Assembly (NCBI GenBank): GCA_021791915.1 | Contig: JAJYVQ010000004.1 | Coordinates: 1 to 39,372, forward strand | DNA from: Actinomycetes bacterium | GTDB taxonomy: Bacteria > Actinomycetota > Acidimicrobiia > Acidimicrobiales > JABEUL01 | Reading direction: 5' to 3' | DNA length: 39,372 bases | In this document: in pieces, positions 9,960-19,434 of the stretch | Position numbering within the stretch: position 1 is the first letter of the stretch | Layout: the number at the start of each line of letters is the position of its first letter | Notes under the pieces: generated by a model | Database searches by the model: none | What the model saw: the letters and a program-made list of their open reading frames with translations, nothing else | What the model was told of the DNA's origin: nothing | Made by a program: the position numbers and the translations under genes

Positions 9960-10775
9960 ATGGGCGTAATGAAACGGTTGTCTGGCATAATGCAGGCTAA
10001 AGCCAACAAAGTACTGGACAAAGCTGAGGATCCTAGAGAAACTCTGGATCTTTCATATGAAAAACAGATGGAGCTTTTGCAAAAAGTAAAAAGAGGGATT
10101 GCAGACGTAGCCACTTCTAAAAAGAGAATTGAATTACAGGCTCAGCAGCTTCAAGATCAAGCAAATAAACTTCAAGATCAAGCTAAGCAAGCTCTAGGGC
10201 AGGGCAGAGAAGATTTGGCAACGGAGGCTCTAAACCGTCGTGCGACGATCGCCGAACAACTAACGGGACTCGAAACTCAACATAAACAGTTAGAAACTCA
10301 GGAAACCACGTTAGTAGCTCAAAGTCAGCAACTTCAAGCTAGGGTTGAAGCTTTCAGGACTCAAAAAGAAACTATGAAAGCATCCTATACCGCAGCAGAA
10401 GCTCAAACCAAAATAAACGAAGCTGTAAGCGGGCTTTCTGAAGAAATGGGTGATATGGGACTTTCAATGCAAAGGGCTCAGGACAAAATTGCAAACATGC
10501 AAGCTAGAGCATCTGCCATGGAAGAGCTGACTTCAAGTGGAGCTCTGCCAGACATAACTGGTGGAACCGATCCGATTCAAGCCGAATTGAATCAGACTTC
10601 CCGAAGTGCTCAGGTAACAAGTGAGCTTGAAAGCTTGAAAGCAGAACTAGGTCAGAGTACAGCTCCTCAGCAGCTACCAGCAGCAACCCCCGCAACTGAA
10701 GCTGAAAACACAGTAGCTGAAAACACTGTTGTTGAAAACACAGTAGCCGAAAACACTGGGGGTGAATCAAGTTGA
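9960..10775 (+). CDS. pspA: PspA/IM30 family protein
   Basis: KANKVLDKAEDPRETLD, GREDLATEAL, long coiled coil, GGGAGG SD; C-terminal (A/V)ENTV repeats. Confidence 0.93.
   Translation: MGVMKRLSGIMQAKANKVLDKAEDPRETLDLSYEKQMELLQKVKRGIADVATSKKRIELQAQQLQDQANKLQDQAKQALGQGREDLATEALNRRATIAEQLTGLETQHKQLETQETTLVAQSQQLQARVEAFRTQKETMKASYTAAEAQTKINEAVSGLSEEMGDMGLSMQRAQDKIANMQARASAMEELTSSGALPDITGGTDPIQAELNQTSRSAQVTSELESLKAELGQSTAPQQLPAATPATEAENTVAENTVVENTVAENTGGESS
10701..10760 (+). repeat. Four in-frame 15-bp repeats encoding AENTV/AENTV/VENTV/AENTG
   Basis: gctgaaaacacagta gctgaaaacactgtt gttgaaaacacagta gccgaaaacactggg. Confidence 0.9.
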
Positions 10776-11038
10776 TAGTCAGAATTTTAGGAGAGGGAAA
10801 ATTTGAATTGGCTAACTCCAAGGTATCGCAATTGGAAGATTTAGACACCAAGTTGACATCTGCAGTTGAATCAGGTGATGAAACCCGATTTAACAGCGCA
10901 TTGTCTGAAATAATCGGTTTTGTTAAATCTGAAGGTGTTGCAGTAAGTGTGGATCACTTCGGTCCATCTGACGTTACATTACCTCATGCCGACTCTACCT
11001 TGCTAGAACTACAAGAAATTCTGTCCCAAGAGGCATAA
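10772..11038 (+). CDS. pspAA: PspA-associated protein PspAA
   Basis: MIVRILGEG.F N-terminus and SD..LP..D.TL C-terminus; TTGA overlap with the pspA stop. Confidence 0.85.
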   Translation: MIVRILGEGKFELANSKVSQLEDLDTKLTSAVESGDETRFNSALSEIIGFVKSEGVAVSVDHFGPSDVTLPHADSTLLELQEILSQEA

Positions 11039-11044
11039 CCATAA

Positions 11045-11944
11045 ATGGCAAAAACCCGATACGGAACAGATCATGGCTTAAATTTAAGGATGTTCATAGT
11101 AGGGTTACTTCTTGTGTTGCTTTACGGAGTAGTGGTACTAATACTTTTTGCTCTACATATTCCTATAGCAATTGCAGTTGGGATTGCTGTTGTGGTTCTT
11201 TTAATACAGTATTTTGCTTCCGCAAAAATCGCACTGTTTTCCATGAAAGCAACTGTAGTCACCGAAGAACAAGCCCCCAGGGTTCATGGGCTAGTTGACA
11301 GACTATGTGCTTTGGCAGATATGCCCAAACCCTTGGTCGCAATAGCAGATACCGATATCCCTAACGCATTTGCAACTGGGCGAAGCCCAAAACATGCCGT
11401 TGTCTGCGTTACAACCGGGATTTTACGAAGACTGGACGATCCTGAAATGGAAGCGGTGCTTTCCCATGAACTCTCTCACGTTGCTCACCGCGATGTGGCA
11501 GTTATGACAGTGGCAAGTTTCTTAGGAATGGTAGCAGGGTTAATTACAAGACTTGCTTTCTACGCTGATATTTTCGGAGACGAAAACGGAAATTCGGCTC
11601 TTATCGATATGGCTGTAATGCTAATTTCGGCAATAATATATGCAATAAGCTTTCTTTTAATCAGAGCACTATCTAGATACAGGGAACTATTAGCGGACAG
11701 GTCAGGAGCTATATTAATAGGAAGACCCTCGTTGCTTAAAAGCGCACTTATAAAAATTACAGGATCGATGGGGCAAATACCCACAAAAGATATTAGAGCA
11801 GCCTCACATTTTAACGCATTTTTCTTTACACCTGCTTTATCTAAAGATTCTCTTTCCCTCTCAAATCTGTTTTCAACCCACCCGACTTTGGAAAAAAGAA
11901 TTGCGGAGTTGGATGCTTTGGAAGCAAAGATGCAAGGACGTTGA
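11045..11944 (+). CDS. htpX: Zinc metalloprotease HtpX (M48)
   Basis: PNAFATGR, HELSH, SRYRE..AD, FSTHP; TM helices. Confidence 0.95.
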   Translation: MAKTRYGTDHGLNLRMFIVGLLLVLLYGVVVLILFALHIPIAIAVGIAVVVLLIQYFASAKIALFSMKATVVTEEQAPRVHGLVDRLCALADMPKPLVAIADTDIPNAFATGRSPKHAVVCVTTGILRRLDDPEMEAVLSHELSHVAHRDVAVMTVASFLGMVAGLITRLAFYADIFGDENGNSALIDMAVMLISAIIYAISFLLIRALSRYRELLADRSGAILIGRPSLLKSALIKITGSMGQIPTKDIRAASHFNAFFFTPALSKDSLSLSNLFSTHPTLEKRIAELDALEAKMQGR

Positions 11945-12067
11945 TTAAGTAAAAACTGGATTTGAAAACATCAATTAGTCAATTTACTTACTTTAAATGC
12001 GATAACGATAATTTTTCTTAAGTTATTTTGTAATTTAATTGCTTACCACAAAATATAAAGGAGACAA

Positions 12068-12646
12068 GTGGGATTTTTAGATGCGATACGTGGGAAAACA
12101 AAACCAGCAGAAGCAAAGTTAGATGCCCTTTTTAGATTGCCCAGTGCTAGCTTAACCTTAACTACATCCGACGAATATCAATTGGTTACAAAAGCCGCAG
12201 TTTGCATGAGCCCTGGAGCTGCGAACACCTTTGACAGTGCTTTTGCAGAAACCTTAAAGTTAATATCTGACCAAAACCTAAAAGAGCCGCCTCAGATTGA
12301 GAACGATTCCTTCGGTTATAGGTGGATAATATTTAACGGTACTGCATTGGACGATCTCGTTACGAAAGCTCATATGATTAACTCGACTATTGAATCAGCA
12401 GGCTGGGGTCCTCAGTTGCTGTGTTCGGTCTTTAAATTTGACGTCACTTCAAATGTAAATACAACAAGCAGCCATCTTTACTTAGTCTATCTGTTTAAAC
12501 GAGGAAGTTTCTATCCGTTCTTACCGTTAGACGGTGAAAAAAGAGACAACGAAGGAGAACTACACCTTAAAGCAATTCTTTCTGGAGACTTACCGATGGA
12601 AGAAGATCTTACAAAATGGTTCCCGATTTGGAACATGCCACTTTAA
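12068..12646 (+). CDS. pspAB: PspA-associated protein PspAB
   Basis: MGFLDAI.G, LDALF.LPSA, DSFGYRW, GWGPQLLCSVF, LVYLFKRGSFYPF, RDN..EL; AAGGAG SD before GTG. Confidence 0.85.
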   Translation: MGFLDAIRGKTKPAEAKLDALFRLPSASLTLTTSDEYQLVTKAAVCMSPGAANTFDSAFAETLKLISDQNLKEPPQIENDSFGYRWIIFNGTALDDLVTKAHMINSTIESAGWGPQLLCSVFKFDVTSNVNTTSSHLYLVYLFKRGSFYPFLPLDGEKRDNEGELHLKAILSGDLPMEEDLTKWFPIWNMPL

Positions 12647-12832
12647 ACAAGACCAGAAATTACATTTGCAATCGAACTTCGATAAGAGGAACTTAAACTT
12701 GCATTTCATTTAATGAATCTGTAATTCTAATTTGAATTACTAAGTTTGATGATTAAAATTAATTTTAAATTGTACTGATACGGTAATGATAAAGTTATAC
12801 ATTAAGTTAAAAGTTTTAATTATGGAGTTAAA

Positions 12833-13069
12833 TTGATAGAAGTTAGAATTGGTATTACTCAACTTCCCAAAGAATTGGAGATCGAACTTAAAGAAGACAG
12901 TTCCAGGGACGAACTAATCTCAAAAGTTGAAGAAATGATGAACAGTGGGAGCGGAATCTTGTGGTTAACTAACCGAAAGAACTCTAAAATCGCAGTTCCC
13001 GTTTCAAAAATTTCATATATTGAAATAACCGACGAGCTAGAAGAGCGCAGAGTGGGATTCGGAGCTTAG
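12833..13069 (+). CDS. DUF3107 family protein
   Basis: EVRIGI...PKEL, LWLT..K...VP..KI.YIE, RRVGF; GGAG SD with TTG start. Confidence 0.85.
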   Translation: MIEVRIGITQLPKELEIELKEDSSRDELISKVEEMMNSGSGILWLTNRKNSKIAVPVSKISYIEITDELEERRVGFGA

Positions 13070-13085
13070 TGGCTGCGTTAAATCA

Positions 13086-14030
13086 GTGGACAGTATACTT
13101 GACACAAAACTTCTTTTTGTAACCGGAAAAGGTGGAGTCGGCAAAACATCTGTGGCTACCGGATTAGCCTTTTTGGCTTCTGGCGCTGGGAAAAAAACTC
13201 TTATTTGCGAAGTTGACCCCAAGGGGGATTTGGCAAGAAGCTTCGAATGTGCTGCTACCCCTTATGGGGGAATAGAAATAAACAATAAACTGAGAGCAAT
13301 GTCTATGGACACTGAATCTTCGTTGCGAGAATACCTTAGACTTCAGTTAAAAGTTCCAGTAATTGGTCGTATCGGACCAGTTGCAAAAGCATTTGAATTT
13401 GTATCTACTGCAGCTCCAGGTGTCAGAGAAATTTTAACGGTAGGGAAACTGCTTTACGAAGTAAGAAACAATACCTATGATCTTATTGTTGTCGATGCAT
13501 CCCCTACAGGTCACATAGTTTCTCAGCTAGCTGCTCCACAAGCTTTAAGAGAACTGGTCAAATTGGGACCAGTTAAGTCGCAAACCGAATGGATGATCGA
13601 CATTCTTGGCGATCCAAATAAAACTGGTGTTATCGTAGTAACTACAACAGAAGAGATGCCCGTAAATGAAACAATTGAACTAACGAAAAAGATAAAGCAA
13701 AATACTAATGTGAACCTATCTGCAGTAGTCATAAATCAAGTCTTGCCAGAGCTCTTTTCTGACGACGAAGAGGCGGCATTTTTATCTCTATTTGAAAAAG
13801 ACAACCAAGAAGTACTGTCTCAAAACATCAGCGGCTCTCCGAATGCAGTCTTAGAAGCTGCTCAGCTCGCAGTAACTTTGCGTCGTTTACGCAGTGAATA
13901 TCTTGAAAAACTTAGAGACAATTTGGACAAAAATATTCCTCAGATATATTTACCTTACATGTTTAACAAGTTAACGGGACTCAAGTCAGTAAAAGCTACC
14001 GCTCAAGCTCTCTTTGATGAAATAAATTAA
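13086..14030 (+). CDS. ArsA/Get3-family ATPase, subunit A (Rv3679-like)
   Basis: VTGKGGVGKTS deviant Walker A, APGVREIL.VGK, VVDASPTGH, EEMPVNET. Confidence 0.9.
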   Translation: MDSILDTKLLFVTGKGGVGKTSVATGLAFLASGAGKKTLICEVDPKGDLARSFECAATPYGGIEINNKLRAMSMDTESSLREYLRLQLKVPVIGRIGPVAKAFEFVSTAAPGVREILTVGKLLYEVRNNTYDLIVVDASPTGHIVSQLAAPQALRELVKLGPVKSQTEWMIDILGDPNKTGVIVVTTTEEMPVNETIELTKKIKQNTNVNLSAVVINQVLPELFSDDEEAAFLSLFEKDNQEVLSQNISGSPNAVLEAAQLAVTLRRLRSEYLEKLRDNLDKNIPQIYLPYMFNKLTGLKSVKATAQALFDEIN

Positions 14031-14032
14031 CA

Positions 14033-15211
14033 ATGGCAAAATCAAAAATTAAATATAAATCAAAGCTACTTGAAGACCTTTTGGTAACAAAAGAAGTAAT
14101 AATTGCCTGTGGTCCAGGAGGTGTGGGTAAAACCACTTCAGCTGCAGCCACAGCATTAACCATAGCTCTTAACTTTGATAAGTCAGTACTGGTGTTAACA
14201 ATTGATCCAGCAAAAAGACTCGCAAATGCTTTAGGGCTCGACGGAATTGGTAATAAAGAAATTGAAGTAACTCAAGAAGTCTTTAAAGCAGCAAATATGA
14301 ATCCTAAAGGACGGCTTTTCGTAGCCATGTTGGATACCAAAGAATCCTGGGATACTTTGATAAAACGCCATGCTAAAGATGAAGCCACTGTCGAACAGAT
14401 TTTAGCTAACCCGCTGTACAAAAATATAACTTCTAAATTTGTTCAAAGTCATGAATACATTGCAATGGAACGTCTTTATGACCTCCACTCTTCCAAAGAC
14501 TACGACATTATCGTAGTAGACACACCTCCAACCAGAAATGCGTTAGATTTTCTGGATGCACCGGACAAGATGGCTGATTTCTTTTCGTCACGGCTATTAA
14601 AATGGTTAATCGCCCCCTACAAGTCCAGAATCATAAGCATCGCTTCAAAACCGTTCTATCAGATCGCAGATAGAGTTCTTGGAAATCAGTTCTTGCAAGA
14701 TATTGCGGAGTTCTTCATAGCATTTCAGTCAATGTACGACGGATTCGTTTTAAGGGCGGAGTCAGTGAAAAAACTTTTAGCCGATTCCAGAACTTCTTTT
14801 TTTGTAGTTTCAACCTTGGAACAAGTTCCAGCCTTAGAGGCACGCTTTTTTGTCGACGAACTACTGAAGCGATCTCTTAACTTAGACGCAGTCGTCTTGA
14901 ATAAAGTCTTGCCCGAGCATTTCAGATCGAAAAACGAAGCCGAAACAGCAAAGTCAATCAAAGAAAACTCCGAAAAACTAGCGCAACTGTTAGAAAACGA
15001 AAAATATTCCAAGTCTTTATTTGAAAAAGTCTTAACAGAGATTGCAACTAGCTTCTTAAATTTTCAAAAAGTAGCCCTACAGGAAGCATCACTCGAAAAC
15101 GAATTTACGGATATGGTTTCATTAGCAACTAAAGTACCTTTTTATTCCAAGTCGATAAATGATTTAGAATCGCTTGAAGAGTTAGGCAAACTTTTGTGGG
15201 TAAAGAGCTAA
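14033..15211 (+). CDS. ArsA/Get3-family ATPase, subunit B (Rv3680-like)
   Basis: CGPGGVGKTT, LTIDPAKRLANALG, EYIAMERL, VDTPPTRNALDFLDAP. Confidence 0.9.
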   Translation: MAKSKIKYKSKLLEDLLVTKEVIIACGPGGVGKTTSAAATALTIALNFDKSVLVLTIDPAKRLANALGLDGIGNKEIEVTQEVFKAANMNPKGRLFVAMLDTKESWDTLIKRHAKDEATVEQILANPLYKNITSKFVQSHEYIAMERLYDLHSSKDYDIIVVDTPPTRNALDFLDAPDKMADFFSSRLLKWLIAPYKSRIISIASKPFYQIADRVLGNQFLQDIAEFFIAFQSMYDGFVLRAESVKKLLADSRTSFFVVSTLEQVPALEARFFVDELLKRSLNLDAVVLNKVLPEHFRSKNEAETAKSIKENSEKLAQLLENEKYSKSLFEKVLTEIATSFLNFQKVALQEASLENEFTDMVSLATKVPFYSKSINDLESLEELGKLLWVKS

Positions 15212-16485
15212 TCTGAATCAAGTTTTTCAAACGTCTCTTCGGCTGGTTTGGTCTTATGAAAAAAAAGATAAAAAGCCACGGTATTTGCTAATTGAAATAC
15301 CCCAGCAATTTCAAAGGGAAGTTCTTCGCTTAGATAATCGAACAAGTACCCAGAAAACATTGGGGAAACCGACATCATAACTTGATTTGGAAGGTTTGAC
15401 ATTGAAGTTACTGCTGCTTTTTCATTCTCGTCTGCCATGCCGATTACATACGACTGACGCAGAGGCAATGCTATTCTCTGAATCAACATTCTGACTAAGT
15501 AAATACCACCTGAAATAATAAAACTGGGTGCCAATACCATCGGGATTAATAGCAAGGACTGAAATGCCCTTACCACAGTTACGACATTTACCAAGCCCAT
15601 CTTTTTAGCCAATCCTGCAGCCGAGAGCGTACTGCCTATTGTGACTACATTAATTACCGCGAACAAAATTCCGATCTCTTTTGGTCCAGCTCCGTACCTC
15701 CTATAAAACCAATAACTGACGAAGGGTCCAAACATACCCACTGCAATACCGTTTAAGCTGTTAGTAACCCAGAGTTTGTATACCAAACTTTTAGACTTTT
15801 TCGGAAATTTAAACTTAAATTTAGGTCGATCTGATTTTAACACCCTATCTTTTTTTAATAATAACGCCACAAGACCTGCTCCTAACGCCGATAAAAAAGC
15901 TAAGAAAAATACAGCGTGATAGACCCCGAGTTCGGTTGATCCCGTAACCTTATGAGTTGGGATTGTAAGCGTTAAAAGACTTCCGACAGTAGCGCCAATT
16001 GATGAGGCAAAACCTAACCGTCCAAAAATTTTATTTCTATTTGCACTCCCTGTATTTTCTGCAGCCAAAGCCGACTCAACAGATTGATACGGTCCGACCG
16101 CTCCAGCTCCAGCACCCGCTCCGCGACCGAAAGAGCCTATGACAGCTGCTGCTATTAACAAAGGCAAACTTCTTGTTGCAAAAAAAACCAAAGAGGCTGT
16201 AGCAGTCAAAAATGGCACGACAACCATAAATACTTTTCTGCCGATCTGATCTGAAGTAATTCCGATTGAACTAGATAATATCGCAGAAAACAGTCCTACT
16301 CCCAAAAATACAATACCAAGGTCCACTGCGGTCAACCCATCAATCGAAAAATAGATAGCAACCACGATTCCAGCTAGTGCTCTGTTTATTGACATCAATA
16401 GACGTGCAACGTAAATGACCTTTAGGTCGCGGTTCATCCAGTTTGGAAAGACCAGTTTTGTAATTTTGTTCTTCTCGTTTGTCAT
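15208..16485 (-). CDS. MFS transporter
   Basis: About 12 hydrophobic segments, GITSDQIGRK motif A; stop overlaps the convergent ATPase stop. Confidence 0.9.
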   Translation of the reverse strand: MTNEKNKITKLVFPNWMNRDLKVIYVARLLMSINRALAGIVVAIYFSIDGLTAVDLGIVFLGVGLFSAILSSSIGITSDQIGRKVFMVVVPFLTATASLVFFATRSLPLLIAAAVIGSFGRGAGAGAGAVGPYQSVESALAAENTGSANRNKIFGRLGFASSIGATVGSLLTLTIPTHKVTGSTELGVYHAVFFLAFLSALGAGLVALLLKKDRVLKSDRPKFKFKFPKKSKSLVYKLWVTNSLNGIAVGMFGPFVSYWFYRRYGAGPKEIGILFAVINVVTIGSTLSAAGLAKKMGLVNVVTVVRAFQSLLLIPMVLAPSFIISGGIYLVRMLIQRIALPLRQSYVIGMADENEKAAVTSMSNLPNQVMMSVSPMFSGYLFDYLSEELPFEIAGVFQLANTVAFYLFFHKTKPAEETFEKLDSD

Positions 16486-16562
16486 CTTTTAAAGGTGAAC
16501 TTCATGTAATAAATAAAAATATTGTAGTTGCTAATAGCAGCTGTTTTTAATGTACTTCTGAT

Positions 16563-16576
16563 TGATATGCATATCA
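16563..16576. promoter_or_regulatory. Perfect 14-bp palindrome TGATATGCATATCA, candidate repressor operator for the MFS gene
   Basis: Lies about 80 bp upstream of the MFS start codon. Confidence 0.45.
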
Positions 16577-16712
16577 CTAAACTTAACTGTCCACTAGCAT
16601 ACCTTACCTATCACAAGTTGAAGTGAACGAATCTTCGCTAATTTGTGAAACTGTCACTTTTAAAAATTGACACACAAGTTTTCAACTAATTGAATCATTT
16701 AAATCTAGCTCA

Positions 16713-16756
16713 ATGTCAAACTGGATGTCTAACTGGATGTCCAACTGTATGTCTAA
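16713..16756. repeat. 12-bp imperfect tandem repeat ATGTCNAACTGK, about 3.7 copies
   Basis: atgtcaaactgg atgtctaactgg atgtccaactgt atgtctaa. Confidence 0.85.
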
Positions 16757-16971
16757 ATCAAAGTTTTCGATCACATTAATAATATTCTTTAACTTTGTAT
16801 TCCAGCTTAAAAAGGTAAGATATAGGAAAGTATGTCAGTTAAATCCTAGTACCGTTGAACCAATTATTGTCCTTAAAACTTTTATGGATAAGTAACAGTT
16901 ATAGGCTAAATACGGTATTTAAAAGTAATTTCAGAACTTAAAAGTAAATTAAATGTTCAGTAGTAAATCAA

Positions 16972-17442
16972 ATGTTAGAACAGAATAGTCCACAGTCCAA
17001 TGCTCAGAATTTAAAAAGAGATCCGTTTGGTTTTGACAAAAATGAAGGTAAGTCTGCCGAACCTGCTCCAGTTTGGCCAAGACCTGAGCCGAACTACTTT
17101 TATGATAAAGATCTAAATTCAAAATCAGCACCTAAGTATAAGATAACCGACAAAGATACTGGTAAGTATTCGTTTTGGAATAACTTTAACTCTTATATAT
17201 CGATAGGATTCACTCTACTTCTTGTTACAAGTTACATTGTTGCAGCTATAATTCCTTTAACACAAATCTATCCCGATGTCTTATATGCTCTGGCCTCGCT
17301 TAAATTTTTATTTGTTCCAAATTTGTATTTTGCGATTCGTTCTTATAACCACAAAGAACCGCTCTTCAAAATCGCCACCTGGATTTTATGCATAGGTATA
17401 TTATTTATTCCTATTGCCATAGCATTTCACCTAAGAAATTAG
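16972..17442 (+). CDS. Small membrane protein (polar N-terminus, 3 TM), possibly a divergent cytochrome c oxidase subunit IV-like protein
   Basis: Three hydrophobic helices; LASLKFLFV resembles the LxxxKFxxV helix of COX IV (weak). Confidence 0.55.
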   Translation: MLEQNSPQSNAQNLKRDPFGFDKNEGKSAEPAPVWPRPEPNYFYDKDLNSKSAPKYKITDKDTGKYSFWNNFNSYISIGFTLLLVTSYIVAAIIPLTQIYPDVLYALASLKFLFVPNLYFAIRSYNHKEPLFKIATWILCIGILFIPIAIAFHLRN

Positions 17443-17720
17443 CGGATATATTAAAAATATCCAATTAGGGTTAACTAAAACAAAAAATATTTACAGTTCA
17501 CGTTATATTAATATGAAATTCCAACAAATTAACAAAGCTTAAGTTGGCATAAAGTAGATAAATAACTGAAATAACTGATTAGTAAAACTAACAAGTCTTA
17601 GCTTTCCTACAGTTTTTATCCTCATGAAGTTAGTATCTTAACTCATAGAACGCCACCTAATTTGAACTATATTTAAAGTTATCAGTATTTATTTACTCAC
17701 AGCCGTTAAGGAGATTCAAA

Positions 17721-18368
17721 ATGTATGTAATAGACGATGACATTGAAATTTATGCGACAGAACATTCGACTCGACAGGACCCAATCCTAAAGACAGTTGA
17801 AGAAGCAACAGTTTCAGAATTAGAATTCCCAACTATGATGGTTGGACACTTGGAGGGTATGTTTTTAGAGATGCTAATATTTGCTCTTCGACCAAAAAAA
17901 GTTCTGGAAATAGGAACGTTTTCTGGATATTCATCTATAGCAATGGCACAAGCACTGGATTCTGAAGCTACAATCGATTCATTGGACATAAATCCTAGGC
18001 ATATAGAATTTGCCAAACGACATATTAAAATGGCAAAATTAGAAAATGTAATTACGATCCACGAAGGCGATGCGAAACAGACATTGACCAAGTTAGACGG
18101 ACCATTTGATTTTATATTTATAGATGCTGATAAAAGCGGTTACGACACCTATCTAGAAATGTGTTTACCCAAACTTTCAGACCGGGGGTTGATCGCAGTT
18201 GACAATACTCTGTGGTCAAAAAATGTTCTAAACGACGACGATCAAAGTGAGGATACGGTTGCACTTCGTAGTTTTAACAAAAAGGTTGCAGAAAATACCA
18301 ACCTAAGAGTTGTAGTAACAACCATAAGAGATGGAGTTACCCTAATACGCAAAAATATTAAGAATTAA
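17721..18368 (+). CDS. SAM-dependent O-methyltransferase (CCoAOMT/COMT-like)
   Basis: VLEIGTFSGYS, FDFIFIDADK, DNTLW, IRDGV; AAGGAG SD. Confidence 0.93.
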   Translation: MYVIDDDIEIYATEHSTRQDPILKTVEEATVSELEFPTMMVGHLEGMFLEMLIFALRPKKVLEIGTFSGYSSIAMAQALDSEATIDSLDINPRHIEFAKRHIKMAKLENVITIHEGDAKQTLTKLDGPFDFIFIDADKSGYDTYLEMCLPKLSDRGLIAVDNTLWSKNVLNDDDQSEDTVALRSFNKKVAENTNLRVVVTTIRDGVTLIRKNIKN

Positions 18369-18383
18369 AATTTTACCAAATCT

Positions 18384-19265
18384 ATGATCGATTATCACTT
18401 ACACCTATGGGAGCATCCAAGAAAAGCTACCGAGATCACCTTAGAGACACTAAGCAAATACTGTGAAAGAGCCCAATCCTTTGGAATCACACAGATAGCC
18501 ATAACAGAACACTTTCACAGATTTGTGCAGTCCCGATCTTGGTTGGGAGACTTTTGGAATAGATTCGACGACATAAATCTGTATTCTTCCATGAAAAGTT
18601 ATTTCGACCACCACGCAACGTATGATCTGGAAGATTACATTGAAGTTGCCACACAGGCAAAAGAACTTGGACTTCCAATAGTCGTAGGTCTAGAAATGGA
18701 CTACTACAAAGAAGAAATGTCGCAGTTGAACGAGAAGTTAAGCCAATATCCGTTCGACGTCATACTGGGGTCAGTACATTGGATAAAAAATTGGCGTTTT
18801 GACGACTTAGATGATCCGCTTTCATTTAACAATTGGGATTCAAAAAATTTGGAATCAGTGTGGGATGAATACGCATTACATATGGAAGAGCTATCAGAAA
18901 GTAAAACATGCGATGTTTTAGCTCATCCAGACCTGATTAAAGTTGCCAACAAAATACCAAAAGATGCTGGTTTAATAAGGGAATTTAATTCTAGAATCGT
19001 GGACAGTGCCAAAAAATACGATTTAGCTGCCGAAGTTTCCTCTGCGGGATTCAGAAAACCAGTTAACGAGCAGTACCCATCTTTGGATTTGTTGGAACTT
19101 TTCGTAAAAAATAACATTCCAATAACTACCGCATCTGATGCACATAGACTTGAAGACATAGGTTCGCGTTTTGAAGATATCAAATTGTTAATCAACAGCT
19201 TAAATATTAAACAATTGGCGATATTTCACAAAAGACAGAGAAGCATAATTCAAGTTAACCAGTAA
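18384..19265 (+). CDS. PHP-domain histidinol-phosphatase (HisJ/HisK) family protein
   Basis: DYHLH, ITEH, GLEMDY, GSVH, AHPD, SDAH metal-binding motifs. Confidence 0.88.
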   Translation: MIDYHLHLWEHPRKATEITLETLSKYCERAQSFGITQIAITEHFHRFVQSRSWLGDFWNRFDDINLYSSMKSYFDHHATYDLEDYIEVATQAKELGLPIVVGLEMDYYKEEMSQLNEKLSQYPFDVILGSVHWIKNWRFDDLDDPLSFNNWDSKNLESVWDEYALHMEELSESKTCDVLAHPDLIKVANKIPKDAGLIREFNSRIVDSAKKYDLAAEVSSAGFRKPVNEQYPSLDLLELFVKNNIPITTASDAHRLEDIGSRFEDIKLLINSLNIKQLAIFHKRQRSIIQVNQ

Positions 19266-19434
19266 ATCAATTCAACTACCTAAATTCCACAAAAAACATA
19301 TTTTGTCAATTAAACTAAACATCAAGACAAAATCTATAATATCTTCACCTAAATTTATTATTGGACTCATCTAGATTTATGCATAAAATTTACAACCAAT
19401 TAAGTTTAATAAACAGTTTTTCTACTGTAAATAA

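Noticed and set aside
13086-15211. Arsenic-resistance operon
   Set aside because: No arsB/acr3, arsC, arsD or arsR; the motifs match the Rv3679/Rv3680-type pair rather than the fused two-domain ArsA.
16652-16666. CRP/GlxR site TGTGA...TCAC
   Set aside because: The spacer is 5 bp rather than the required 6.
16713-16895. 60-aa ORF starting MSNWMSNWMSNC
   Set aside because: Produced by the 12-bp tandem repeat; no SD or protein-like features.
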